A stretch of DNA of 64,000 bases, from the NCBI GenBank assembly GCA_044230415.1, contig JBGARE010000001.1:497195-561194 (forward strand), read 5' to 3'. Both the position numbers and the translations under genes were made by a program. Below the pieces are notes generated by a model. The model did not search any database. It was not told the origin of the DNA and saw only the letters and a program-made list of their open reading frames with translations. The stretch is from Kofleriaceae bacterium (lineage in GTDB: Bacteria > Myxococcota_A > Polyangia > Haliangiales > Haliangiaceae). Positions 10,184-19,920 of this stretch are shown in pieces (the first letter of the stretch is position 1; each line of letters starts with the position of its first letter).

Positions 10184-13100
10184 GTGTCCACGAAGCGCAT
10201 TCGTTACCCGATGCCTCACCAGACCGATGCCGAGTGCTGCCCGTCGGCGTACACGTGCCCACCTTCACGAGTTGCCACGATCGTCGAACCGACTTCCGTG
10301 GAGACCCATTTCCGTCGCGTTGCCTCGTGTGCCGTGTTCGCCCTCGTGGTCGGCGCTGCGGAGCCCGCGCGCGCCGACATCACGTTCGCGGCCGGCTCCC
10401 TGATCATTCCCTCGGGCTCGAGCTATCAGAGCGACTGCGGTGCCGTCGCGATGTACGGCCTCGTGTACGACGTGCTGCGCGCGAATCAGTGGCTCGCCGC
10501 GAACCACTACACGCCGATCCGCGTCTACTACACGTACAAGGACACGAAGGAGTCGCCGAACCGCTGCACGCCGACGAACCTCGACGCGGGTCCCGCGTAC
10601 ACCGGCTCGACGAGCCCGGTGCTGCACTCGGATCCGAAGTGGAACGACGGTTGCGACTTCGAGCTGTTCAACGGCACGACCACGCCGGTGACGCTCGTGA
10701 CGAACACGACCGCGACGAACGCGGCGACCGATACGAACATCGCGACGATCAACACGTCGTCGAAGACCACCGTGTATCCGCGCTGGCCGACGCGCACGAT
10801 CCAGCACACGACGTCCGCCACGACGAACGTGCACACCGTGCGGTATCTCGGTGGACCCTTCGTGATCGCCGAGAAGGACGCGACCACGTTCCTCAAGCTG
10901 CTCGAGGGCTCGCTCGTCGCGAGCGACGCGAACGGCAACGCGATCAGCTTCGCGCCGTTCCGCCAGTCGATCAGCACCTGCTCGTTCGGTACGACGATCG
11001 GCGGCTACGTTCGCATCCATCGCGCCGCGGCGGCGTTCGTCGCACCGTCGCCGAAGAGCTTCATCGTGCTGCCGCCGCGCCTCGCGCTCCTCGCGACGAA
11101 CGGCTCGGGCATGACGGGCACGGTGTCGGCCGGCATCCTCGAGCAGTACCTGCAGAACGCGGGTCTCTCGTATACCGGAGCGCAAGGCTGCCCGCCGGGC
11201 GGTGCGAACGTCGCCAACGCGACGTACTGCCCGAACGGCGGCGTACGCGGACAGATCTTCGACTTCTTCGACTTCTCCGACCTCAAGAACAACCTGCTCG
11301 CCGCCGTCGATTCGTCCGGCAACCCCTACTACAAGATGCTGTGGGCCCCGCACTGGGAGCTGTCGTCCTCGAGCTCGAGGGATCCGAACGCGAACGAGGT
11401 CACCGGCATCACGAACGTCGCGAGCTTCCTCAACGGCCAGACGGGCCTCATGGCGGAGTGCGAATCGATCTCGAGCTTCGAGGGCAGCTACAAGACGGGT
11501 GTCGCGAACAAGCGCGGCACGCCGAACGGTCAGTTCCAGACCTGTCTCAATGATGGCTCGGGCAAGTGCTCGACGTCGGCGACGGTGAAGTACGGCGTCA
11601 ACCGTGACTACACGCTTCGCATCACGGCGGCGAAGCAGAACTGCACGGATCCGACGCTGTCGTCGGCCGCGAACTGCATCTACTTCGGTGCCCCCGGGGA
11701 TCCGTACGCGCAGCCGGGCGATTACATGTGGAACCCAGTGAACGGCCTCACCGAAGACTTCACGCCGAACAGCATCACCGGGACGATCTATCGCCCCGGT
11801 GTCCTGCCGCTGATCTCCGGCGTCGCGTCTCTCGACAAGACGAAGCTGACGAACAGCACGGTCGCGCGCGCGATGATCGTGTCGGACTTCGTCACGCGCG
11901 GGTCGAAGGACGACGATCCGCTGAAGGGCAACCTGATGTACGTCGCCGGTCACGACCTGACCTCCGTCGTGTCGGGCACGAAGGTCGTGCTCCAGACGCT
12001 CCTGCTCCTCGGCGAGCCGCCGCCCGCGTACGAGACCTACGAGGTGTCGCGCTCGACGCCGGTCATCGCGCCCGTCGGAACCGTCGATGCGATCGTGCAG
12101 GGCACGTTCGAGAACCTCCAGCCGACGCCGCCCGCGAAGACCGTGGTGGTCGATGCCGACGCCGCCGCGTTCGAGTTCCCGGCGATCAAAGGCCACCTCC
12201 GCGCGATGGCGAAGAACTACGTCACGACCGCCGCGACGAAGTTCTCCGATCAATACGCGCTGTTCGATGCGGCGACCCAGATCCCCGCAGCGAACTACAA
12301 CGGATGCTCGTCCACGTTCGGCGGCACGTGCCGCACGGTGTTCACGAACCTCGTCGGCGGGCTTCGTCCGGCTCGCACGCTGTGGCAATCGAGCAACGTG
12401 ACCGCGATCGGTGCATTGATCGGCTCGGACCTCTCCGCCGCGACGCACGCGACGGTGATGCAACGCGTACTCGCAGGCGTGGCGAAGTCCGATGGCTCGG
12501 GCCAATACGTCTCCAAGCTCGGCGGTGTCGATCGCTCGACGGTCGCCGTCATTCCGCCGACCGAGCTGACGAACGCGACGCGTCCGACGATCGCGTACTT
12601 CGGTGCGGCCGATGGCATGTTGCACGCGGTGTGCGCGAGCTCGACCGTGGGGACGGCGTGCCCCGCGCTCGGCAAGGAGCTGTGGGCATTTCTCCCGCGC
12701 GTCCAGATCCCGCGCATTCGCTACAACACGCAGCGCATCGAAGGCTCCCCGCGCGTGCTCGACATGTTCGGCGACTGGGACGGCACCGGCCTTCGCAGCT
12801 ATCGCACGATCCTGATGTTCCAGACCGCGTCGGGTGATCCGACCGTCACCGTCGCGAAGCCGGCGATCTACGCGCTCGACGTCACCGATCCGACGAACCC
12901 GAAGATCCTGTGGGAGTACACCGCGCCCGCGTCGCGCGGCGCGTTCGAGCTCGGCCAGGGCCTCGTGCTCGCCGCCGGTTCGGTCGCGCTCGGCACCACG
13001 AACAAGTACTACGTGATCGCGCAGACCAACAACGGCGGCACCGGCGGCGCGGGCAACGTCGTCACCGCGATCGACATCGAGTCCGGTCAGAAGGTGTGGC

Positions 13101-13861
13101 AGACGGCGCACGCGTATCCCGCGGCGCGGGTGGGCGCGAACCCCAGCGTTCCCGCAACCGGCATTCCGGGGGGCGCCGTTGCCATTCGCAGCAAGGAGAC
13201 CGGGCACCTCACCGATGTCGTGTTCGGCACGCTCTACGGCGACATCTGGCAGCTCGATGCGCGCACCGGCGAGAACAAGCACGTCGACAAGCCCCTGTTC
13301 CGGTACGGCTCGGACTTCCATCCGTTCGGCGCCGCGCCGACCCTGTACTCGAAGTCCAGCAACGTCTTCGCCGTGATGATCAGCGGTTCGTACACCGACC
13401 TCGTCGCGACGACGCAGTGGTCGACGAACGCCCAGTCTGCGATCGGAGTCTCGATGGCGGCGCCCGCATCGGCCGCGACGCTGACCGAAACCTCGGGCGC
13501 ACCCTACGTGCCGCTCGTCTACACCATCACGTCCGGCGAGAAGGCCTCGTCGCAGGCGATCGTCGTCGGTGACGAGATCTACTTCACGACCGACGGCGGC
13601 GACGTCAACGCCGGCACCTACGGCACGACGAGCACCGCGACCGGCCACGCGTACAAGGTGGACATCAACACGAACACCGGCTCGAGCGTCGTGATCACGG
13701 GTGGCGCGGGCTCGCTCGTTGCCTCGGGCACGGCGATCTACGCGAGCTCTCGCGATGGCGCGCAGCGGCTCACGACCGATGCGACCGGCACGACCGGCGA
13801 GGCCGTGAACAACAACCCCGACCCGAAAGTGACCAAGCGGATATGGCTACGCTCCAACTAA
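10184..13861 (+). CDS. pilY1: PilY1-like type IV pilus tip-associated adhesin (paralog A), about 1200 aa
   Basis: Signal peptide (…ASCAVFALVVGAAEPARA). The C-terminal half carries PilY1/PilC beta-propeller signature motifs (TIAYFGAADGMLHAVCAS, ELWAFLPR, YRTILMFQTASG, AIYALDVTDPTNPKILWEY). Followed by a PilX-like gene. The start codon is uncertain; Met at 10184 or 10211, or a GTG near 10298. Confidence 0.8.
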   Translation: MSTKRIRYPMPHQTDAECCPSAYTCPPSRVATIVEPTSVETHFRRVASCAVFALVVGAAEPARADITFAAGSLIIPSGSSYQSDCGAVAMYGLVYDVLRANQWLAANHYTPIRVYYTYKDTKESPNRCTPTNLDAGPAYTGSTSPVLHSDPKWNDGCDFELFNGTTTPVTLVTNTTATNAATDTNIATINTSSKTTVYPRWPTRTIQHTTSATTNVHTVRYLGGPFVIAEKDATTFLKLLEGSLVASDANGNAISFAPFRQSISTCSFGTTIGGYVRIHRAAAAFVAPSPKSFIVLPPRLALLATNGSGMTGTVSAGILEQYLQNAGLSYTGAQGCPPGGANVANATYCPNGGVRGQIFDFFDFSDLKNNLLAAVDSSGNPYYKMLWAPHWELSSSSSRDPNANEVTGITNVASFLNGQTGLMAECESISSFEGSYKTGVANKRGTPNGQFQTCLNDGSGKCSTSATVKYGVNRDYTLRITAAKQNCTDPTLSSAANCIYFGAPGDPYAQPGDYMWNPVNGLTEDFTPNSITGTIYRPGVLPLISGVASLDKTKLTNSTVARAMIVSDFVTRGSKDDDPLKGNLMYVAGHDLTSVVSGTKVVLQTLLLLGEPPPAYETYEVSRSTPVIAPVGTVDAIVQGTFENLQPTPPAKTVVVDADAAAFEFPAIKGHLRAMAKNYVTTAATKFSDQYALFDAATQIPAANYNGCSSTFGGTCRTVFTNLVGGLRPARTLWQSSNVTAIGALIGSDLSAATHATVMQRVLAGVAKSDGSGQYVSKLGGVDRSTVAVIPPTELTNATRPTIAYFGAADGMLHAVCASSTVGTACPALGKELWAFLPRVQIPRIRYNTQRIEGSPRVLDMFGDWDGTGLRSYRTILMFQTASGDPTVTVAKPAIYALDVTDPTNPKILWEYTAPASRGAFELGQGLVLAAGSVALGTTNKYYVIAQTNNGGTGGAGNVVTAIDIESGQKVWQTAHAYPAARVGANPSVPATGIPGGAVAIRSKETGHLTDVVFGTLYGDIWQLDARTGENKHVDKPLFRYGSDFHPFGAAPTLYSKSSNVFAVMISGSYTDLVATTQWSTNAQSAIGVSMAAPASAATLTETSGAPYVPLVYTITSGEKASSQAIVVGDEIYFTTDGGDVNAGTYGTTSTATGHAYKVDINTNTGSSVVITGGAGSLVASGTAIYASSRDGAQRLTTDATGTTGEAVNNNPDPKVTKRIWLRSN

Positions 13862-14382
13862 ACCGTCGCCGCTCGACGAAGCGCGGCAGCGCGATGCTCG
13901 TGACGATGATCGTCATCGGCGCGCTCCTGGCCGGTGCTGCGACACTCACGAACATGCAGATGCAGTCGCAGCGGTCGCAGGACCTCACGAAGTCCAACGT
14001 CTCGTCGCTCTACTGCGCGGAGGCGGGCATCGCCGCGGCGCGTACGGCCCTCGCAACCCACTACTCGAGCTGGGGCTTGGGCCTCGCGCAGTCCGCCGGC
14101 GGCGACAAGACCGAACCGAGCTGGCTCGCGACGGCGATCGGGAGCCACGACATCGACGGCGACAACCAGGCCGACTTCGCCGCGTACATCTACGACAACA
14201 ACGATGATCCGGTCGACAACAACCCCTCGGCGGACAACGACCTCCAGGTGTTCATCGCGGTCTCGTGTACCAAGTACCCCGAGACCCCGAACACGATCAC
14301 CGAGCTCGTGAAGTACAACGGCGGCGTCGGCTGCCACCCGTCGCAGATTGGCGGCTGCGGCGGCGAAGGCAACAGCAACTAG
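13843..14382 (+). CDS. pilX: PilX-like minor pilin (PilX_N-type N-terminus), paralog A
   Basis: N-terminus RRRSTKRGSAMLVTMIVIGALLAGAATLTNMQMQ matches the PilX N-terminal hydrophobic segment. A conserved C-terminal Cys pattern is shared with the paralog at 25366. It overlaps the pilY1-A stop by 19 nt. Confidence 0.7.
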   Translation: MATLQLNRRRSTKRGSAMLVTMIVIGALLAGAATLTNMQMQSQRSQDLTKSNVSSLYCAEAGIAAARTALATHYSSWGLGLAQSAGGDKTEPSWLATAIGSHDIDGDNQADFAAYIYDNNDDPVDNNPSADNDLQVFIAVSCTKYPETPNTITELVKYNGGVGCHPSQIGGCGGEGNSN

Positions 14383-14414
14383 TTGGTGTACGTTCCCTCC
14401 GCTCAACGGAGGGA

Positions 14415-15821
14415 ATGATGAAACTCTCGAAGATCGTGATTGCCGCGACGCTGTTCGCGGCCAGCGGAGCCATCGCAGACCAGGCGATGCTCCGTCCCGC
14501 TGTTCCGGTCGCCGCGGATCCGAAGATCGATTTCGTGAAGTACACGCTTCCGAATGGTCTCGAGGTGCTGCTGTCGTCGGACAAGAGCGTGCCGCTCGTG
14601 GCGGTGAACGTCTGGTACCACGTCGGAAGCGGCAACGAGAGCTACGGCAAGAGCGGCTTCGCCCACCTGTTCGAGCACATGCTGTTCCAGGGCTCGAAGC
14701 ACGTCGGTGTCGACAATCACTTCGACATCCTCAAGAAGATCGGCGCCGATGGTGTGAACGGCACCACGAACCCGGATCGCACGAACTACTACGAGATCGT
14801 CCCGAGCAATCAGCTGGAGACGGCGCTGTGGCTCGAGAGCGATCGCATGGGCTACTTGCTCGATCCGCCCGGATCCGTGAAGGACCCGGCGAACCACTTC
14901 AAGACCAGCCTCGACAATCAGATCGAGGTCGTCCGGAACGAGCGCCGCCAGCGCTACGACAACGTGCCGTATGGCAAGGCGCGGTTCGCGACGTACATGG
15001 CGATGTATCCCGAGGGTCATCCGTATCGCTATCTGACGATCGGCAAGCACGAGGACCTCGCGAGTGCGTCGACCGACGACGTGAAGAACTTCTTCAAGAG
15101 CTGGTACGTGCCGGCGAACGCGACGATCGCGATCGTCGGTGACTTCGACGTCGAAGAAGCGAAGAAGGCAGTCGACAAGTGGTTCGGCAAGTTTCCGAAG
15201 AGCGCGAAGCCGCGCGTCGTACCGGCGCCGATGCCCTCGATCAAGAGCAAAGAGATCAGCGTCGACGACGAGTTCGCGAAGCTGCGCCAGATCCAGTTCA
15301 CGTGGCACTCGCCCGCGAACTTCGCCGAGGGTGACGCCGAGCTCGACATCGCCGCGAACGCGTTGACGCGAGAAGGTCCGGGCCGGCTGTACAAGGCGCT
15401 CGTGTACGCGAACAAAGCGCAGAGCGTGTTCGCGTCGCAGTCGGGTAGCGGGTTCTCCGGGCTGTTCACCGTGACGGTGACGCTCAAGAGCGACTCGAAC
15501 CTCGACGAGATCAAGAAGATCGTCATGAACGAGGTGGCGAACATCACGACGAAGCCGCTCGATGCAAAGGAGATCTCGCGCGTGATCGTCGCCAACGAGT
15601 CGTTCGCGATCCGCGGGCTCGAGACGGTGTTCGGTCGATCGAGCGTGCTGCAGCAATACAACCACTACCTGGGTGATCCGAATCGGATCACCTGGGACCT
15701 CGATCGGTACCGGAATACCAACGCAGAGAAGATCCGCGCGACCGCGGCGAAGTACTTGCGCACGGACAACGTGCTGACCGTGATCACGAACCCCGTGAAG
15801 GGCGACAAGGGAGCGAAGTGA
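14415..15821 (+). CDS. Peptidase M16 (insulinase/pitrilysin family) zinc protease, secreted, catalytic HxxEH subunit
   Basis: RBS-like GGAGGGA precedes ATGATG. Signal peptide MMKLSKIVIAATLFAASGAIA. Inverted zinc motif HLFEHMLFQGSKH and the M16 N- and C-domain pattern. Confidence 0.85.
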   Translation: MMKLSKIVIAATLFAASGAIADQAMLRPAVPVAADPKIDFVKYTLPNGLEVLLSSDKSVPLVAVNVWYHVGSGNESYGKSGFAHLFEHMLFQGSKHVGVDNHFDILKKIGADGVNGTTNPDRTNYYEIVPSNQLETALWLESDRMGYLLDPPGSVKDPANHFKTSLDNQIEVVRNERRQRYDNVPYGKARFATYMAMYPEGHPYRYLTIGKHEDLASASTDDVKNFFKSWYVPANATIAIVGDFDVEEAKKAVDKWFGKFPKSAKPRVVPAPMPSIKSKEISVDDEFAKLRQIQFTWHSPANFAEGDAELDIAANALTREGPGRLYKALVYANKAQSVFASQSGSGFSGLFTVTVTLKSDSNLDEIKKIVMNEVANITTKPLDAKEISRVIVANESFAIRGLETVFGRSSVLQQYNHYLGDPNRITWDLDRYRNTNAEKIRATAAKYLRTDNVLTVITNPVKGDKGAK

Positions 15822-17488
15822 TGAAGCGCCACATCTGGATGATCGCGGGCGTTGTCCTGGCCGCCTGCAAGACCGCACCGGTACCACCGCCGGAGCCGCC
15901 GAAGCCCGACGAGCCGGTCGGCACTCTCCCGAATCCCGACGGCGAGCCGGACCAGCCGATGCCGCCGAAGAACGACGAGGTGATCAAGGTGACTCAGACC
16001 GCGCAGCCACAGCAGTTGCAGTTTCCGGAGGAGGAGTTCCGCGCGACGCAGCCCGTCGCCGGTGCGCCGCGTCCGTTCCGTCTGCCGGTGATGAAGCCGT
16101 TCACGCTCAAGAACGGCGTCAAGGTGTTCCTCGTCGAGCAGCACACGCTGCCGATCATCTCGGTCGACCTCAACTTCGAAGGCGGATCGCTGATCGATCC
16201 GAAGGGCAAGGAGGGCCTCGCGAGCGTGTGCATGTCGATGCTCACCGAAGGCACCGAGTCCCTCGACAAGATCCAGTTCGCCGAAGCGCTCGGTGACATC
16301 GCCTCGGGCGTCAGCTCGTACGCGGGCGACGACACCCACGGCGTCACGTTCAACACGCTGACCAAGCATCTCGACGCGACGTTCGCGCTGTTCTCGGACT
16401 CGCTGCTGAAGCCCGGCTTCCGGCAGTCCGACTTCGATCGCATGATCAGCCGCCGCATCGAGAACGTGAAGCAGTCGAAGGGCAACCCCGCCTCGGTCGC
16501 GGGTCGCGTCAGCGGCGCGGTGCTCTACGGGCTCGCGCATCCGTACGGCGCGATCAACACGGAAGCATCGCTCAAGGCGATCACGCTCGATGACTGCAAG
16601 GCCGTCGCGAAGAAGTGGCTCGCGCCCGGCGGTGCGAAGCTATTCGTCGTCGGTGATCTCACCGAGCAGCAGGTCCGCGACTACTTCGAGGGTCCGCTCC
16701 TCGCGAGCTGGAAGGGCAAGATGCCCGCGGTGCCCGCGCTCGCGGCACCGAAGGGTCCCAAAGGCCGCATCTTCTTCGTCAACGTGCCCGGCGCCGCGCA
16801 GTCGCAGGTCTCGATGATGCACTTCGGTCCCAAGCGCACCGCGCCGGACTACTTCCCGAACTCGATGTTGGCCGCGGTGTTCGGCGGTGGCTTCTCGAGC
16901 CGCATCAACATGAACCTGCGCGAGGACAAGGGCTACTCGTACGGTGCGCGCGGCGGCTTCTCGTACTCGAAGCAGTACGGAACGTTCCAAGCGAGCGCGT
17001 CGGTGCGCACGGACTCGACGTACCAGACGCTCCTCGAGATCGATCGCGAAGTGAAGGATCTCGTGAAGGGCACGCGGCCGGTCGTCGCCGACGAGCTGGA
17101 TCGCGAAAAGCAGGGTGCGATCCTCGGTCTGCCGGGTCGGTTCTCGACGGGGCAGGCCGCGCTCGGGCAGTTCCGCATGTTGGTCTACTTCGGCTTGCCG
17201 ATGGACTACTACAACACCGTCGTCGAGAAGGTCGGCAAGGTGACCGAGGCGCAGCTGAAAGTAGCCGCGAAGAAGCAGCTCAAGCCTGCGACCGCTGTCT
17301 ACCTCGTCGTTGGCGATGGCAACGCGAAGGTCGTCGTCCGCAACGCGGATACGAAGAAGGACGAGCCGTACCAGAAGGACGGCAAGCAGCTCACGCTGCG
17401 CGAGGCGCTCGCCGAGCTGGCCGCGCGCGGTGATGTGGGCGCGGGTGGGCTCGTCGAGCTGGACGCCGATGGCCAGCTCGTGAAGTAG
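15818..17488 (+). CDS. Peptidase M16 family protein, lipoprotein, non-catalytic partner subunit (no HxxEH)
   Basis: ATGA start/stop overlap with the preceding M16 gene. Lipoprotein signal MMKRHIWMIAGVVLAAC. M16-like fold motifs are present, but no HxxEH was found. Confidence 0.75.
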   Translation: MMKRHIWMIAGVVLAACKTAPVPPPEPPKPDEPVGTLPNPDGEPDQPMPPKNDEVIKVTQTAQPQQLQFPEEEFRATQPVAGAPRPFRLPVMKPFTLKNGVKVFLVEQHTLPIISVDLNFEGGSLIDPKGKEGLASVCMSMLTEGTESLDKIQFAEALGDIASGVSSYAGDDTHGVTFNTLTKHLDATFALFSDSLLKPGFRQSDFDRMISRRIENVKQSKGNPASVAGRVSGAVLYGLAHPYGAINTEASLKAITLDDCKAVAKKWLAPGGAKLFVVGDLTEQQVRDYFEGPLLASWKGKMPAVPALAAPKGPKGRIFFVNVPGAAQSQVSMMHFGPKRTAPDYFPNSMLAAVFGGGFSSRINMNLREDKGYSYGARGGFSYSKQYGTFQASASVRTDSTYQTLLEIDREVKDLVKGTRPVVADELDREKQGAILGLPGRFSTGQAALGQFRMLVYFGLPMDYYNTVVEKVGKVTEAQLKVAAKKQLKPATAVYLVVGDGNAKVVVRNADTKKDEPYQKDGKQLTLREALAELAARGDVGAGGLVELDADGQLVK

Positions 17489-17561
17489 CTACCCCACCCT
17501 TAGCTAACGTCATAACCCGGTCGTAACTTCCGACGCTGGGGCGACAGCCGACTCAACATGA
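17489..17561. promoter_or_regulatory. Locally AT-richer intergenic stretch upstream of the truncated pilY1 paralog (putative promoter region)
   Basis: ccttagctaacgtcataacccggtcgtaacttccgac is clearly less GC-rich than the flanks and lies immediately 5' of the GTG start at 17562. Confidence 0.3.
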
Positions 17562-19253
17562 GTGAGTACCCTGTCCCGCCGTGTTCGTTCGGTTCTGACC
17601 GCCGCGCTGTCGATGACCGCCACCGCGTTCGCGCAGTCGCCGTCCTCGCAGGGTGACGTCGTCGACGAGGTCGCGCACGCGGCGCCGATCGTCGCGCTGA
17701 TCGATGCGACCTCGACGCTGGTGCACGGAACGACCGAGCGCGGCGCTACGATGACCGCGGTCGAGACGTCGTCGGACATCAACGCGTTTCGGTTTCCGGC
17801 CACCCTCGGCCACCTCCGCGGCTACGCGACGAATCGCATCCCGGAGTCGGCGCGCTACGGCGAGCACCCCGCGCTGTTCGATGCAGCGACGATGATCCCG
17901 CCGGTCAGCTACACCGGTTGCGGTCGGTTCGATTCGACGTGCCGCTCCGTGTTCACGACGGTGACGCCCGGCGCGCACCCCGCGCGCGTGATGCTCGAGG
18001 AGAAGACGCTGTCGACGGTGGGCCCGCTCCTCGCGAGCGGCACGGCGCTCTCGCCGGCGGATCAGCGCGTGCTCGTGCATCGCGTGTTGGCCGGCCGCGA
18101 GATCGCACCGAACACGTTCGCGCCTGCGCTCGGCGGCATCGACCACTCGACGGTCGCGGTGATCCCGACGAGCCCGATGACGGGCGTCGAGCGCCCGACG
18201 ATGATCTACGTCGGCGCGGCCGACGGAATGCTGCACGCGATGTGCGGCAGCGTGAAGGCCGGCGTCTGCGATCGCATCGGCCGCGAGCTGTGGGCGTACA
18301 TTCCGCGCACGTCGCTCGGTTCATTGCGCACGAACACGGCGACGGTCGACGGCTCGCCGCACGTCGTCGAGGTGATGGGCGATTTCGACGCCGCCGGTCG
18401 CCGCTCGCTGCACACGATCTTGCTGTTCTCGACGGGCGCGAGCGGTTCGGTCTACGCGCTCGACATCACGGACCCGGCCGATCCATCCGTGGTGTGGGAG
18501 TACGCCTCGCGCGATGTCGCGGGCACGACGATCGCCACCGGCCGCGTCCAGCTCCAGACCGGACCGAAGTACTTCGCCTACGTCCCGACGACGACCGGCG
18601 TGACCGCGCTCGACCTCGAGACCGGTCGTGTCTCGTGGCAGCACGCGGGGCAGGGCGCGAGCGGCGTGGCCGTGACCGTGACCAAGGGCCAGGTCCAGGA
18701 CGTGGTGTTCGGAACCGAGCGCGGCGAGCTGTGGGTGCTCGATGCGCTCACCGGTACGAACCGCCGCCGTGGTCCGGCCTTCCAGTTCTCCGAGCCGGGG
18801 CATCCGATCACCAACGCGCCGGCGATCTACACGAACGCCGATGGTGAGACATACGCGCTCGCCGTGTCCGGCGGCCCGAAGGCTGCACGCACGCAGTACG
18901 CGATCGCGATCTCGCTCAGCGCCCGCCCCAACCCCGCTCCGCTCGACGAGCAGAGCGCCGATTCGACCCGGCTGCCAATCGTGTTGGCATTCGACGAGCG
19001 CACGAGCTCGCGCCCGCTCGTGATGGGAACCGAGCTGGTGTTCGCGACGGCGTCGAAGGCGTACCGCGTGTCGTTCGTCACGAGCGCGATCGCCACCGCC
19101 GAAGCGCCCGACAACGCATCGCTGTCCGCAACGAGCACGGGGCTGTTCGCAACGGGCCTTACGTCGTTCGGTCGGGTCGAGATCGCGATGAGCGACCGCG
19201 CTGCCCACAGTGTCTCCACGGTGGCCGTCGACGACGATTCGTCGTGGTACTGA
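17562..19253 (+). CDS. PilY1 C-terminal beta-propeller-domain protein (N-terminally truncated PilY1 paralog with its own signal peptide)
   Basis: GTG start. Signal peptide MSTLSRRVRSVLTAALSMTATAFAQ. The remaining 530 aa align motif-for-motif with residues about 640-1225 of pilY1-A (FRFPATLGHLRGY, YTGCGRFDSTCRSVFTT, MIYVGAADGMLHAMCGS, ELWAYIPR, HTILLFSTGASGSVYALDITDPADPSVVWEY). Confidence 0.8.
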   Translation: MSTLSRRVRSVLTAALSMTATAFAQSPSSQGDVVDEVAHAAPIVALIDATSTLVHGTTERGATMTAVETSSDINAFRFPATLGHLRGYATNRIPESARYGEHPALFDAATMIPPVSYTGCGRFDSTCRSVFTTVTPGAHPARVMLEEKTLSTVGPLLASGTALSPADQRVLVHRVLAGREIAPNTFAPALGGIDHSTVAVIPTSPMTGVERPTMIYVGAADGMLHAMCGSVKAGVCDRIGRELWAYIPRTSLGSLRTNTATVDGSPHVVEVMGDFDAAGRRSLHTILLFSTGASGSVYALDITDPADPSVVWEYASRDVAGTTIATGRVQLQTGPKYFAYVPTTTGVTALDLETGRVSWQHAGQGASGVAVTVTKGQVQDVVFGTERGELWVLDALTGTNRRRGPAFQFSEPGHPITNAPAIYTNADGETYALAVSGGPKAARTQYAIAISLSARPNPAPLDEQSADSTRLPIVLAFDERTSSRPLVMGTELVFATASKAYRVSFVTSAIATAEAPDNASLSATSTGLFATGLTSFGRVEIAMSDRAAHSVSTVAVDDDSSWY

Positions 19254-19368
19254 CCGCGTGTAGGCGCCGGTAGTTCTACTTCGATAACCGATCGATAGCT
19301 CTCGGTTCTCGACGGCCGGTGCTACCATGGGCTCGCTTATGGTCGATTACATCGACGAGGGAAGCTTC

Positions 19369-19920
19369 ATGAGACACCCGCGTCGTGGATTCACGCTGAT
19401 CGAAATGATGATCGTGGTCGCGCTCATCGCGATCCTGGCGATCGTCGTTGTTCCGTCGTTCTTCCGCGAGAGCGGCAAGACTCGCTCGATCACCGAAGTG
19501 ACGCCGATGTTCGCCGAGATGGCGAACAAGCTCGAGCAATACAAGTCCGACACGGGCAAGTACGTGAACGCGACGACGCTACAGAACGACACGCCCGTCG
19601 TCTGCCCGTCGGCGCCGAGCAGACCGGGCGTCGACGCACTCACCACGTGTGTCGGTAGTGGATCCGCGTGGGCCGATCTGCGCGTGAATCCGCCGCAGTC
19701 GAAGCTGCACTGCAGCTACGAGATCCAAGTCGGCGACGTCGGTGATTCGTATATCGGCGCGCTGCCGGCGGGCATCACGTTCACCGCGCCGACGACGATC
19801 GGCTGGTGGACGCTTCTCGCCACGTGCGATGCGGATGGCCAAGGAACGTCGTCGGTGAACGGCAAGTTCTTCCAGTCGAGCGTGGACGCCACCATCCAGA
19901 AAGTGAACGACGCGCTGTGA
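19369..19920 (+). CDS. Type IV pilin-like protein (prepilin-type N-terminal cleavage/methylation domain)
   Basis: MRHPRRGFTLIEMMIVVALIAILAIVVVPSF is the class III signal peptide with the conserved G-1/F+1/E+5. An AT-richer promoter-like region lies upstream (19254-19368). Confidence 0.8.
   Translation: MRHPRRGFTLIEMMIVVALIAILAIVVVPSFFRESGKTRSITEVTPMFAEMANKLEQYKSDTGKYVNATTLQNDTPVVCPSAPSRPGVDALTTCVGSGSAWADLRVNPPQSKLHCSYEIQVGDVGDSYIGALPAGITFTAPTTIGWWTLLATCDADGQGTSSVNGKFFQSSVDATIQKVNDAL

Noticed and set aside
10265-13648. 1127-aa minus-strand ORF
   Set aside because: Antisense shadow ORF of pilY1-A. Arg-rich with no domain features.
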